From assembly GCA_028534125.1 (NCBI GenBank), contig CM052816.1:96288001-96352000 (forward strand): a DNA stretch of 64,000 bases, given 5' to 3'. Shown one piece after another: positions 22,075 through 36,136 of this stretch. Origin of the DNA: Lama glama (Eukaryota). Each line of letters begins with the position of its first letter. Within the stretch, counting starts at the first letter, position 1. A program made the position numbers and the translations under genes. The notes beneath the pieces were generated by a model. It was not told the origin of the DNA. It searched no databases and was given only the letters and a program-made list of their open reading frames with translations.

Positions 22075-25000
22075 TTCTTTCCGGTTTATCAATAAATTCC
22101 ATGGTAAAGATTTTTCCAATGCCTGATATTAAAATACCTAAATTTTACTTATGGACACACACAGTAACAGTATTCTCAGTCATAGCAATTTCCACTAAAT
22201 GGCTATGAGTCTAAAAATCTTTTTTAGGGCTACATGAATACACAGTGCACCCAGAACAAACAGACTTTCCAAAGACATAAATAAATACTCAGCTCTAGAA
22301 ACCCCAGGTCTCTGTTTTAAAGGATGGCAGATTTTTAACTGCCACAAAATGAGTAATTCAATGTGACTTTCTAAATTTAAAGCCTTAGCGGACGTCCCTA
22401 TAAAAACAATCAGGGAATAATCTTTTTCAAATGCATCTTCGGTCTTTGATTGTGGCCCTGCTGACACTTTGAGCTAGTCATGGATTATCCACGGAGAATG
22501 CCCCGTGGGGCACTTCGTCGATTTGATGTCTCTGCCAAATTGGGCACTTATCTTTGGTCAATTTCCATAGCTCACCTTGTCTACTTCTCGTTACGCTGGG
22601 CACTGGCCACTGTAATTAAAGAGAACACTCTCTTGGAGTTTAAACAGGCTTTGCTTGTTCATGGTTTTTAAAAACCTGTTTAGTTATCCAGTCAGATTGG
22701 CCTTTAGATGATGTGCTCTGTTGCCACCCTTCTCACTTGGAGCTGACGGCTTCCTGTCCTCAGTGTGCAGTTAGTAGCGTCAAGGATGGGGTCTTGCAAC
22801 TGCTGGCATCTTCGGGTACTTCCATCTCTCCCCCCCAGTTTTTAGAAGTCATGTTTCAGTCCAGCAGGTCACCGCACAGGCTGGGGCTACGATTCTAGGA
22901 GGGCTTTTCACGCCACAGAGCAGCTTGGGCCACGGCCGCACGAGAACATTCTGTTCACCCCGCCATCCCAATCTGAGACCCGTGGCTCTACATGATGCTA
23001 ACTCTACTTAACCAGCTTATGGGAAAGGCGGAGAGAACTGAGGTCTGATCTATTGTAGTTTCCATGTTTTAAAAGCCAACATTCTGCCGCAGCTGACTCG
23101 TCCCTAAAACCAAGGAAATAAACCAGAGAACAAAAATCTGGGGTGGGGCATCCCTCCCATCGAAGCCTTTTGTCATCTGCTTAATTGACTGTGCCTCTTT
23201 CGTGATGTGGTCCCCATTTGGCTGACCCGGGTTTACAAGCCCTGCACACATCGCAGGCTTAGTAGATGTTTGCCTGCTCTCCCACTGATGCAGCTAGAAT
23301 CTGAGCATCTCTATTTTCCACCCGCTTTCCTGTCATTATTATTTAATAAATATTAAGCTTCTGGCCCGTGATGGGCTCTGGGGATACCACGCAAATAAGG
23401 GACTCATGGTTCCTGCTGAAAACTGAGGAAGGAGCCTTCACTTGTGCAGCTTAACCAGAAATGGTCTGTTCGCTGCTTTGTTCATTAGCGTGCCTTTGTT
23501 TGTGGGTGCCCTTGTGCACAATGTACTTTGGTACCAGTTTTGATTTAGCAGGAGATCCTAGCAGGAGAGCCGTGTGTTGCAGGAATAGTCCACACGTAGA
23601 CTAGGGCACTCAGAGGGGCTTCAGACGAGTTTTGGTCACATTATACTTGTCATTTGGTTTTGCTCATGACAGACAGTTCTTCCTTTGGGGGGAAGTAACG
23701 TAAGTGTTTAATTATATCAACAATATGTTTTAATTGGTGTTTTGCCTAAGATTTTCATTTCCCCCCTTTTTTTTTTTATTATTTCATCTGAGCGCCTCCA
23801 ATGGAATTATTGAACATGTATAATTTCAGTTGTTAAAACAACACACATACATAATAATTTCCAAAGCAACTTGTAATTAAGTAAAGAAGGAAGCAACAGA
23901 TGTTGGAACATCAAAAAATGATTTTAAAACATTGAATATTTTTCACAGATGCTGTGGTTTCTTTATTGCCAAGTGCTATCTCTTCATTAATCCTCGCATT
24001 TCCTAAGAACAAGAGCCTAGCTCAGAGCTCTTCTGTGTGAATACAAGGCAGAATCAAGAGGCTACTGCTACATTTAGGGGGTTTTTTGTTAGTATTTCTC
24101 AATAGAAATACAAGGTTACATTTAGAAGCCTTCAACATCTGTCAGAAAAATAAAAAAGCTTAATTATTTCGCTCTGTGCTACAATAGCAGGCATTCTTAG
24201 GCAGCTGTCTTTTCGTTTCACTCCACAGCATGTTTTTTTTTTTTTTTTTTGCAAAATCTGTTTGACTTGCAGCATCGCATGAGGTTCTGGTTTGAAAGAA
24301 ACAGTTGCACTAAAGGCTCTTGCAGATAGAACTGGATCCCACCCCACCACATTCTTGCCTTCTTTTGTAAGCCACGCTGCATGAGAAAGCAGCGTCCCAT
24401 GCGCTGCTATTTGGCACCTTGCTTCCATCGTGATGTGAAATGTTTTCCATGTCTGTTTCAGTCTATCGTGGTCCTGTGAAATCGCCCAGTCTGAGACTAT
24501 TAGAAAGCAGATTTCCAAGGACATCATCATGTGGGAGAAAGAGGTGGCAGTGACTGAAAGGAGGAGGCCCTGGAATCTGCCTTGTAAAATTATGCAGGCT
24601 CTGCAGAAACACACGAACCGTAGCCTCTGAAAAGAGAGTGAGACAAAAATAGCAGGGGCAAACAGATGGAATCCAGCCGTCGAGAGCCCTCTGCGAGGAG
24701 CAGGCACCTCTCCTTATGAAGCTTCAGTAGCTGATTTCTCTCTCTGATCTTCTTGCGGCTGCTAATCGCTTTTAGCGATGAGCCTTGATATCTGAAAGCG
24801 ATGGGTAGAAGGGAACTCCTCCTGCCCCATGAGTTGTCTTTGGTAATTAACTTCTCTAATGCTTGGTGTGATCTCTTCTGAAATTAATTTCTAAATGTGG
24901 AAGAAATATTAATTTCTAAATAGTTTTACATGTGGAAGAAAAGAAAATTCTCAATGACTTTGGTTACTGATTCATGCCTTCTGTCCCAAGCTCTGTCGAA

Positions 25001-28000
25001 TTTTCAGACTTTTTCATCTGCGTATCTAGTCAAGCAAAAACGCTGACTATTTACTGTGTGTAAAGAACTGTACAGGGGACAATGGAAGATGAAGATATGC
25101 AGACGCATTCAAGAAAATTCCTAACTGTGGGAGAGAAAATGTCAATCTCATAGGTAGACCATAAGGAGGAAGTCCTTACTTCCTCCAATGGAACAATTAA
25201 GAGAAAGCAGGGACTCCAGGGGAGAGACAGGTTATCTCTGGCTGGATGGTTCAAGGGCCCCCAAGGGTGTGGCCAGGACTTGGCCAAGTTAGGATGGGAA
25301 TGGGAGCTTCTCTGTGAAAGGAATGTGAACGAGGCTGCGGATCTAAGGGTGTGGGGAATAGACTGGGACCCACGAGTAGTATCATGTGTGTGGCTTGAGG
25401 ATGCAAAAAGGAATGTGGCAGGACTCAGATGTGGAACAGAAAGTGTTTCCTTCCTGAAAGGTCTTGAATTTCCGGCTCGGGGCGGGGTCGGGGGTGGCGC
25501 GGCCACTTGGCTCTCATCAACTTGCTGTTGCCCTCGCGTAGTTGGAGCTAGGCTGACTTTCTTGTGTTACTAGTTCTACAGTGCAACTCCATCAGTGATG
25601 TCCAACACATATGCTGCATCGTGTTTCAATTATTTTTCCTTACAGAGAAAAAAAATAATCTTTATTTTACCATCAAAAAGAAGCTATGTAATTGTAAATA
25701 CATACCTAATGTCATGCGTGCAAATCTGCATGGATGTGTACGTGTGGACTCCTTATTCTGCTTTCCCGCAATCATTACTTCAACTTTAGTAGGTGATTCT
25801 AAAACTTAAAAAAAAAACGTAAATTAAGCTCAGTGTTGCCCCCAAATATATCATATAAACTTGGATTTAGTCCTATTTCAGAGAGGAAAGCTCTATCACG
25901 TTAGCATGAGATGAATTAATTTGTTTTTAAACTTATTAATATGAAAAAAAGATATTTTAAGATTTTAAAGTCGGGGACAATGTCTATTTTATTTGTGGTT
26001 TGGTCTTCGATACCTGGCAGAGTGTAAGATGGAAAATAAATGAACCCAGTTATCAAATGTATGCACTCGTTTTTTTAAAAGGTGATGACAGTTTGGGGAA
26101 ATGTTATCAACATCTTTTCAAATGATGTGATTATTCCATTATATAGTTCTTATCTACTCTTGGTTCTTTCTTACAGTTTCTTATAAAGGAATATATTTTG
26201 TGACTAGTCTTCTTTCACAGAGACTCTTCCTTCCCCAATAGAGCTGACTGTAGTTCATATTTAATTTTTCTTCCCATGATATTAGCTTATGAACATTTCA
26301 TTTCTTGTTCATATTCTTAACTTATTTCAAATTCTTTCTAATTAGCTTTACAAGGCTTCTCTAAACGAACCCAAATTTAGCACTGAAAGCCAGCATGCCT
26401 GCAGTAAGTGTGTGAAGTTCATTAAAATTGGTTTTGATATTAGATTGTACTTGGCAGTGACCTTCCAAGACCTTATCAGACCCCCATAGGCAAGACTCGA
26501 ATACATAGAACTAAGGCAGAGCACCCAATTAGAAAAGAAAGTCTGAATTTAATATTTGAAAGTTGCACGGATTCCAATATTTGAGCTCTCCTTTGTAAAT
26601 AAGAATTTAAATGTAATGGCCCTGAGCCCTTTTCAGACCATCATCCAGCCTGTTAATCAAATGTTGTTTTATTTCCCTTGATGCGTTTCATGCACACAAC
26701 TAAAGTCCAGCTCTATGCCCTCAATAAGCATGTCTTAAACAACTATGAGTATGAGCCGTGGCTTGGGATGTGGGCTGGGCGGAATGTTAATCTGGTTAAG
26801 TTTTCTGTCCTTGACCTCAAGGAGCTCCCAGCCTGGGAGGAGAGACACTAACAACCCAGTAACATCAACTCCAGTTAGCAAGCGCCATACTGAATAGAAG
26901 CTACAGGTGTCCTGAGGATGCAAGGGGTCAAGCCTGTAATTTTAAGCCCTCTGTGCATGGGATGGGTTTCTCTGGACAACCCCATGTCACCATTTGAGAA
27001 GTCTTTTGGGTGCTACTCTTAGAGGTTACCAAGAGTTAGGAGGACCAGTGCTCAATGGGACTTCGAATACAAATGGTGTTCCCAGTAGTTTGCCCCAGCA
27101 GGATGGGTTGGCACTAGAATTGGCTGATATGCTGGCATTTCTCTGAGGTTATGTGTGCACGTGGCTTGTTACTGGTACCCGCCTCCCGTACCCCGCCATG
27201 TCCACAGAGAAGCTCCCACAGTCTGCGCGGAAGAATACAGATTTGCCTGTTGACCTCCAGTAGATTTGTTATGTTTTCCCGTGTACTGCGAACCTCATTG
27301 GAACAAATGGTCTTTAGCCTGCACGTCCATTAAACTGGAAATGTAAATGCTTCTGGTCCCTTGGGATTGATATTATATTTTGAAAACCCCAATCCCTCGG
27401 GCTGTTGAGGAGACATAATTTCATGTGTGTGCCTTCGTGGAGACTCGGCGGACTTCCGCGCACATATCTCATATGATCTTGGAGCCTCTCATGCTCTGTC
27501 TTATCTGTCATCCTTGGTGCTCACAGATCGTGTTATTCTTAGATGCTCCCCAGGAGTCACAGTGTAATGAGAGGAATCTGGCCAAAGGAAACCCAACTTC
27601 ATCCTGATAAAAATGGTTAATTTTTAAAATTCTGACACTACACATATCTTTTATCTGAATCTTTGCAAAAAAAAAACATAATTAATGGACGTTATAACTT
27701 CTTCCCCAGTAGTCATTGTTTCTTGTTCTTTAGCAGAATCTAAAATTCCCCATTCGTTGCTTTTATGCTGACGTTTGTGTAGGAGAGGCCTCTGAGTAGG
27801 TGCAGGTTTGAGTTTACTGTACGTTTATCGGGTTTGCCTCATTTGTTTGAAAGGAATCTGAATTAACTGCCGGCATGTGTAATCAAGTTAAAAACAATAA
27901 GGGGCTAGTGTAGAGCAGAAAGGTTTACAATCCAGCGCTTTGCAGACATTTTACGTACATCTCAGTGGAAGGCAGATATTTGCTTGACACGGTTTTAAAT

Positions 28001-28169
28001 TGTAAATCATGTCCTTGTAACTGTACCGCAGTGAACTCCTTGGTAAGCCTGAATTTAGAGAACGTTGATGGGCTTTTTTTTTGTAGTCCTTTCCGCTAGA
28101 GAGGGGAGGTGCCCCAGGCAGCTTGGGGATACTTTACAGAGAACACAGTGAGATTCCAAGCCCCTCAGT

Positions 28170-28260
28170 GGCAGATGCCCTGTCTCTGTGGTTCACCCCT
28201 GCATCCTCAGCATCATCTCAGTACCTGGTGCTGGGTAGCTGCTCAGTGAATTGTGTGAAA
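28170..28260 (+). mobile_element. L2 3' end fragment
   Basis: gttcacccctgcatcctcagca...agtacctggtgctgggtagctgctcagtgaattgtgtgaa resembles the L2 3' terminus. Confidence 0.55.
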
Positions 28261-28587
28261 GGCGCTGGCAGCACTCAGATTAAGGGAGATCTGTCACAAA
28301 TTAAAAGCAGCAACAGATAAGCATTCTCTCAGGGAGTCCCCAAAGAGTCATCATATTTGCAAGAATGCATGCAGAGAAGAGTCATGTCTTCAACATTTTA
28401 AGCTGCATGTGTATCTCTCTCCCTTACTTAATCGTTTGTGTGCCGTTTCTCATGGCCACCTCTTCAAGTAGGGGAAGGCATTAGAACTTAGAGCTATAGT
28501 GCCAGAGGTGAGATGGATCATAGAGATGGTGGCAGGGATTCTGAGCAGTGGACAGAGAGAGAAATCTGTTTTAAAGTGAGAAACACT

Positions 28588-29355
28588 GAGGGTGTGGAGA
28601 AAAGGGAACCCTTCTACACTGTTGGTGGGAATGTAATTTGGTGCGGCCGCTATGGAAAACAGTACAGAGATTCCTCAAAATACTAAAAATAGACTTAACC
28701 TATGATCCAGCAATTTCATTCCTGGGCATGTATCCAGAGGGAACTTTAATTCAAAAAGATACATGCACCCCAATGTTCATAGCAGCACTATATACAATAG
28801 CCAAGACATGGGAACAAACTAAATGTCCACCAACAAATGACTAGATAAAGAAGTTGTGCTATATTTATGCAATGGAATACTACTTGGCCATAAAAAATAA
28901 TAAAATAATGCCATTTGCTGCAAGATGGATGGACCTGGAGTTTGTCATTCTAAGTGAAGCCAGAAAGAGAAAGAAAAATACCATATGATATCACCTACAT
29001 GTGGAATCTTAAAAAAAAAAAGAGACAAAATGAACTTATTTACAAAATAGAAACAAACTCACAGACACAGAGAACAAATTTATGGTTACTAGGAAGGAAG
29101 GGGATGGGGAGGGATAAACTGGGAGTTTGAGATTTGCAGATACTAACTACTCTATATAAAATAGATAAAACAAGTTCATACTGTATAGCACAGGGAACTA
29201 TATTCAGTATCTTGTAGTAACTTATGGTGAAAAAGAATATGAAAATGAACATATGTATGTTCATGTGTGACTGAATCATTGTGCTGTACACCAGGTATTG
29301 ACACAACATTGCAAACTGACATTGTATTTCAATAAAAATATATTAATATATATAC
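28588..29355 (+). mobile_element. Relatively young 5'-truncated LINE-1
   Basis: ORF2 end ([48 protein letters not shown]), 3' UTR and aataaa at 29331. TSD aagtgagaaac (28574) / aagtgagagac (29356), at a tttt/aaag endonuclease site. Confidence 0.93.
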
Positions 29356-29671
29356 AAGTGAGAGACTCCTATTAGCAAGTTCTCGCAAGATCATACATCC
29401 AGTGGTTAAACTGCTTGGTAAACAGTGCTGGCCCTAAGGAGTAGAAATAGGTGAGACCCAGGAGCACTGCGGCCTGTAAGGTGCCCTTGTATGAGGCAGT
29501 CCAAGTTTCCCCTTCCGAGGGCCACAGCACCACAGGCCCAGGTCTTGGCAGGCAGCCGGCATGTGTTAAGCCCCTTCCTCTAAGGACAGACAGCCGTCTG
29601 CCAAAACACAAGGCTTTGGAGAAGATGCAGGCTGAATTTCAGCCCTTACATGCCCCTCTGCCAGAATCTTC

Positions 29672-29853
29672 TTTTTTTTAAATTGAAGTACAGTTGATTT
29701 GCTATGTTGTGCTAGTTTCTGGTGCACAGCATAGTGCTTCAGTCATGCATATATATATATATATATATATTCTTTTTTCATATTCTTTTCCATTGTTGGC
29801 TCTTAAAGCTATTGAGTATAGCTCCCTGCACTGTACAGTAGGATATTGTTACT
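29672..29853 (-). mobile_element. Short LINE-1 3' end with (AT)n
   Basis: ttttaaattgaagtacagttgattt...tctggtgcacagcatagtg...tccctgcactgtacagtagg is the antisense of the same 3' UTR family. Confidence 0.85.
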
Positions 29854-30034
29854 AGGAACTTCTTTTATGCAGTGTACATGCACAACCTTGCACGATGCTA
29901 ATTCATCAGACTTTATGTATAAATATACATTATACATATATAAATATTTACATTCACATGTTCATACTCATAATGTGACATTTATGATGAGCAAGTGGAG
30001 AATCTTGTGAATAATACATTTTAGCCTAATGCTA

Positions 30035-30310
30035 TAGTCATTCCAATAGATGCAAAACAAATGGTAAAATTCAACACTCATTCCTAATAGTTTTTTAAAA
30101 GTCAACAAAGCATAGAAGGGAGCTGCTTTAACCTTATGGAAGGTATCTATTGAAATGATACAGCAAACACTATCATACGTAACAGTGAAAGGTTAGAAGA
30201 TTTTCCACTAAAGTCAAAGAAGAGCCAAGGATTCCTGCCAGCACTGCTAACTTTCAGTGTTGTTCTGGAGATCATAGCCAATTGAGTACAGCAAGCAAAG
30301 AAATAAGAGT
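30035..30310 (+). mobile_element. Old LINE-1 ORF2 (reverse-transcriptase region) fragment
   Basis: caatagatgca...aaaattcaacactcattcc...acagcaaacactatcatac...gttctggagatcatagcca...aagaaataaga is degenerate L1 ORF2 sequence. Confidence 0.7.
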
Positions 30311-31501
30311 GGTGAAGTCACGGACCCCTGCCAGCACTCTCACCTGTGTCCCAAAGGTCAGGGACTGCTGGTCAATGGCCAGTCATTAGATGTGGGGCAA
30401 CGTTCATTTACTGTGTGTTTGGCAAATGGCGCTGTGCTGAGCCCCTGCACTGAGCAGGTGGCGTTGGGGCAGGGTGCTCAACTGGACAGGCTCCTGCCCA
30501 GCCACTTGAACCAAAGCCACGTGATCTTTATCTGTGTGCGTATTGTTTATTGATTGAAAGATTGTTCAGTATCTTTAAAGGTCTGGAGGACCATTGAGAA
30601 AAAGTTATAGAAGCACAAAATGCTAAGGCTGGTTTTCTGATGCATGGACCCCACTAGTGCCATGTTTGATGGAGGAAGAGCCAAGAACTCTTCTGCTGTG
30701 TGACACATAGCAGGTGTCCAGTGCTGAGTTAGAAACAGAAAATGAAAGACAGGTAGCAGGTGTCTTCCCAAGTCCCTGGAGTCACCCCTGTGCAGAAGGT
30801 CCCTGTCCCTGCATCCTAGGCTGCTACCCTCCAGGGCACAGAGGTATCAGGAAGAAGGGAGTGGTATTCTCAGGCAAATGTAGGAGAATCACATATTCCA
30901 GCAAAGGCAGAGAGGCCTGAAGCCACAGGATATATTTGTGGATTTACAAGATGGTACCGCATGGCCTGGTACAGGCCCCCAGATGGGAGGGGTTGACACA
31001 GTGCAATTGATCTAATTTCCTGAAACTGGGAAGCTCAGCGCTCCGAGTTTTGTCCTGCTGGTGACTTGGAGTCATAGAATTGCAATTAACAGCTGTGTTC
31101 TTCGAGGCAGCCACCCCAACCCACCATTCAAACTCTCTTGCATTAGAACCTCTCACATAGTACTTTGATTATTGTTTTGTGAAATTATATATATACATAT
31201 GTTATATATAATTGTATATTATATATATTAAATATATATTTAGGCTTCTAGCTGCTGGTGTCATGCCTGCCTGCCCGTGTGAACTCTTGTTTGAGAAATC
31301 CTCCCATCTCACTCCCCTGACTGCAACGTTCTGTCTGAGTGTGGGTTAGAACATTTCACGGTGTCATAAAGCCAAGTATCTTCTAATACTGAGGAATGAT
31401 CTGAAGGAAGAAAACTGCTTTTCTTCTGTCACAAGAGAAGAGAAAACGTAGATGTCTATAGTCACCCTAACGCATCGCTTGCTTTTCTTACTCTGTATAC
31501 T

Positions 31502-31789
31502 CTTTCTTTTCTTTATTGAAGTGTAGTCACTTTTGTGTGAATTTCTGGTGTACAGCACAAGGTCCCAGTCATGCATATACGTACATGTATTCCTTTCCAT
31601 ATTCTTTTCATTAAAGCTCATTACAAGGGATTGAATATAGTTCCCTGTGCTATACAGAAGACATTTGTTTTTTGTCAATTTTTATATATAACAGTTAATA
31701 TTTGCAAATCTCGAACTCCCTAATGTACCCGTTCCCGCTCCCTTTCCCCCAATAACCAGAAGATTGCTTCCTATATCCGAGAGTCTGTT
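31502..31789 (-). mobile_element. LINE-1 3' end
   Basis: tttattgaagtgtagtc...tctggtgtacagcac...gaatatagttccctgtgctatacag...ttgcaaatctcgaactccc is reverse-complementary to about 29050-29335. Confidence 0.88.
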
Positions 31790-33824
31790 AAAAGTATTTT
31801 CAGTAATAAGTAAATTTAATTATAACCTCAAGACATTAATAAGCCACTGAATTAAGCTCTGGGAGAGAAGGTTATAAATTTTGAAAATAAATCCATCAGT
31901 AGCGGTCTTAGACAGATGATTGTGTTATGATGTTGTCACTTCATTTAGACAGAATATTCACTTCTGTGATAGTTCATTTTGGAAGGATCTTATGAAAGCC
32001 GTTATGTATTTATATTACTGCATTGAGATGGTATCGTCTACCCAGAAAGGACCATGCCTTTATCCCCAGGTTGGAGTCCCATTCCTCTCTGGGATCTTGG
32101 GGGCCTCCTGTTAATGCAGCTCCCAGCCTTAGGGGGAGAGCCAGCAGAATCATGGGGAAGGTCAGGGAGCCCGACCCCAGCCGTGGGCCTTATGGTGAAC
32201 CTTGGCCATCGATTGTGGCCACAGCCCTGGGCAGACTTCTCTCCCACTGTGCTCGCCATCACTCCTGCTGGGACCCTGTGCATACATTTTGAACACATAC
32301 AGTTGGGGCACAAAAACTTTTAACTTTATTAAGAAAAAACTTAGGATGAAATACCTAACTATTCCGATAACTTATATTGTAACCTGCAGGTCTTTTACTT
32401 TCTGCACTGAAGACGTTACGTTTTTTCTAAAGTGGGTAAGATCGCACGGCGGCTTCCATTTGTTTTGTACTTGCAGTGACATTCTGCTGTTAAGGCATGG
32501 ACCATTTAGCCAGAATTAGATGCTCAAGGCAACTCGTCTGCTGGGTGTGTCTCACCTCTGGCGCTGTGACTGAGGAGGAAAATGCCCCTTGGTACAAAAC
32601 TGGTCGGTCTGTCGGACACAGCATCCCAGGCTGAGTGGCCCATGGCACTGGCCACAGTGTCAATGAGCAGGTCCTCATGTTATTTAAGATCAAGTCCCTG
32701 CTGCATCTGAACTCCCGTTATACGTAGTTGGTGTGGGCGTCTGGTGCTTTCACGTCTCCCCTGAACTTCCCCTGCTTGTTTTCCCCATTAGCATTTTCAG
32801 TCCCCTGAGGATGCAGCTTAGCGTCTTGCCCACAGTACAGACCCTCCAATGGTGATTACTGAAATAAGGATGCGTGGATGGGTGGATAGATGGATAGATC
32901 AATGATGCTTCTATTTTTCATGCCTGTGTTTTTGTTGAAAATGTTATTTGGATAATATTACTTTGACTTTAATTTCAAAAATATAATTGTTAAAATTTGG
33001 ATATTTAGGACATTACCTATAAGTTTTGGCAGGGACTATTCATGAAGTAATAGGAATCTAGTCGAACAATCTGAATTATAAGAAGACAGTTACTGAAAGC
33101 TCTTTATTTGAGAAGCATAATTTCCCACAATAACTTGGCCAAAAGAAGAGCAAAAGAAAATTGTTTCTTGTGCTTTAAATTATAAGCAAAGATGTTGATA
33201 AAACATACGTGTTTTTCATTTCCCAGTTCCATTAAATGATGGGGTCCTAGCTTAGAGAGCCAAAAAAACACCCGAGAGTTCCAAATATTTCCATACTGGT
33301 GAAAGGAAATAACAGAAGGGCTTTGACTTTAGCAGTGGATGTTCCAAATGCATCGTTCATGATGTAAGAATTTTAGATTAAATAAATGTTCCTACAGCTA
33401 TCTTTTAGGACACGAAATCTTACCTAATTACTTAAGGAATGTGAACTAATAAAAAGTCAGCTTCACATCAACTCAGATAAGAATAAATTTTGAAGATAAT
33501 TTTCTGCTAGATAATCACGTTATCAAGGGAGTGAAATCGACATGGAAACTTGGCTGCCAGTTAAATTTAAGCTTATTTTGCCAGTTGGGTAAATCCATTC
33601 CCCTGTGTGTAACTCTGCTAGGATATTATGGGATGCTGTGACCATCTGCGTTTTCATGGACAGGGGATGACTTCTCAAGTGATCCACTTTGAAGGGCCTC
33701 TAATATTTTCCCGCCCTGCGTCCCTTCTTCATTCCCAGGCTGCTGTGCAGGCCAAAGATGCCCCTTGTACCAGGCTCCCTGCTCATCATCGTAAACACCT
33801 TGTCTGGTTAACACTCCCAGTCAT

Positions 33825-33895
33825 TATGATGGCTTTCTTTGCATGCCCATTTTACAGGTGAGAAAGCTAAGGCACTAGATTAAGGAACTGATGGG
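33825..33895 (-). mobile_element. MIR core fragment
   Basis: cccattttacaggtgagaaagctaaggcac..gattaaggaact versus the MIR core cccattttacagatgaggaaactgaggc. Confidence 0.6.
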
Positions 33896-36136
33896 AGGAG
33901 ACCCCCCTGGACAGCCCTGGTTAAGACCATAGCTGTGCTGTTATCGAGGAATCACAGTGCAGGTGACTAATGGAAAACAGACCAGCTGCTCCCAAGGCTC
34001 CAAGTAGGACTCCACAAACAAACACGCCGTGCAAAAAGCAGAACAAAACTTCTGTCTTCTTAAGCTGTCTTCAGGAATCTTGTCAGCTGAGTAGGCAAAT
34101 AGGAGAAGATATTGTACCTCTGTTTTGGTCTAAGTTCCTTTGGCTACAAAGGCAGAATTAAAAATTAAATCAAAGTAGCCAAATGCGCTAAGAGAAGAAA
34201 GTGGTGCTGAATTATTTTACCATCAAAGGGGCAGGTGAAAACAAGCTGTGTTTATTTACCAGCCCCATCTGACTCATTTGTTTTTAGTACATTCTCAAAG
34301 GCTCAAAACAAATTGTTTTAGAGATTAATTTCTATGTAAAATAAATGTTTACTTATCAAACAAAGACTAATCACAAGATGCTGGTACATTGCTAACAGTT
34401 GCCTAGGTGCTAAATAATAGCCTTTAATACACTACATGCAGTACATTTATTTCTTTTCAACTAGAGTTTGCCCAAGCCATGAGTATGGGTTTAGCCTGTC
34501 TCTTCATGACTGAATTTTTCGTAACCCTTCCATTATTGTAATTTGCATGTGCATTTTCTTGCCAAGAAATTAAGCCACTTTAGCCCACACAAGTGTGGCT
34601 GTGTGACTACAACCATAACATCCAAATCCTCATGGTTATAGAGAGCATTTCCGATTCCTTGTCTCAAATCATATTTTTCTTACAGTTGTATGTGTATGGT
34701 GACATACTCACACACACACACACACAAGATCATTTTCTAGTAAGAAAGCAGAAGACTATTTGTTGCTATTTTGTACTTAAAAGAATCCAGAGCAACTACC
34801 CCCAAACACCGCTGTGGAAGCAAAACCCAACAGTTGTCCTTCCAAAACCTTCATCTGGAATAATACACCCTCAGTTTGGTTTACATCAGTTTACTCCAGT
34901 TCATCCAAAATTCCTCATAAGAATCCTAAAAATATGTACAAATTACTATAGTTTTCAGAAGCAAGCATATGACAGTGAAGCATTTTTTCCTTTAAAAATG
35001 GATGAATGGAAGTAAAGGGGGGACTTTCTTTGCTCAAGGTCACCCATTTCAATCATCAATTTCAGAAGGAAACATTTTTTCCCAATGATAGGTTTTCACT
35101 CCTAACAAAAAGTAGTTCTCCTCTCGTTTCGAGGTATTTGCCAGAAAAAGGTGTCTGGATGCTTGATGTTCATGCTCAAAGACTAAGAATTTAAGGACAT
35201 TATAGTGAGCGAATAAGCTAAATAAATGGTGCCCACTTGAGATGCGTGTTTACAGAAAGTCCTCAAATCGCAGCCTCTATAATAAAGAAGGGTTCGAGCG
35301 GCAGCACTGACTTTCTTATTCTCTCGGGCTCTCTACAGTATTATAACAAGAAGTGCCTCCCATAATGTGTAAGGAGGGAAGCCGGGTCCATGTTTGTGGA
35401 TTCACACACATATATAGCCTAGCACACATGGGGGCACATACCTTTTTGCAGCAAGAAAACAGGAATGCTTGCTGCTTTTCGGCTCTTAAAAGAATGCAGG
35501 TTGACTGCTGGCTGCAAGTGAACGCAGCCGTTAGAAAGGCCCTGAGAGGTTCGTCTCCACCGGGCCCCCCTTTGGCGGCAGCAGGGCTGCTAGTCACCCA
35601 AATAGAGGAGGAAGTTGCACCAAACAGGCTTTACCCTCAAAAGCCCGTGGGCTGGGGAGACCCGTGTGCAAACGGTGATGCAGTGAAGATTTACGAACAC
35701 GGTGTGAGAGAGAATGGTGGCTGCTCAGAGGGGGTCTGCTGATGTGCAAGCGGTGGCTACAATAGGACCCTGGGTTCTTCCATTTCAAAATAGCCACTCT
35801 TTTTGTTTCAATATTGCTTTCACACTTGAGAGAATATTTCTATCTTATTTCATTGGGCCTTTAGGAAAAGTAATGGAAGTAAATCAGGACTATTCTTTAA
35901 AATCTCTAAATCATCATCCTCTCTTCAGAGGAGCTGGGACAGACTGTGTGTCATGTAGCGTTGGAGTGTCCAGTCTTTTTCCCGTCTGTGAACCAGATCC
36001 AGGTGCGTGCCCTGAGTATTTATTTTGGGTCAGCAGACTAACTCCAAAGCAAAATTGTGCATTCAAAAATGTGTTTGTTTAGTGCTTGGAGATCGTCTTG
36101 TGTAACTCCTCATTTGTCATTTGTTGGGGTGTGTTT

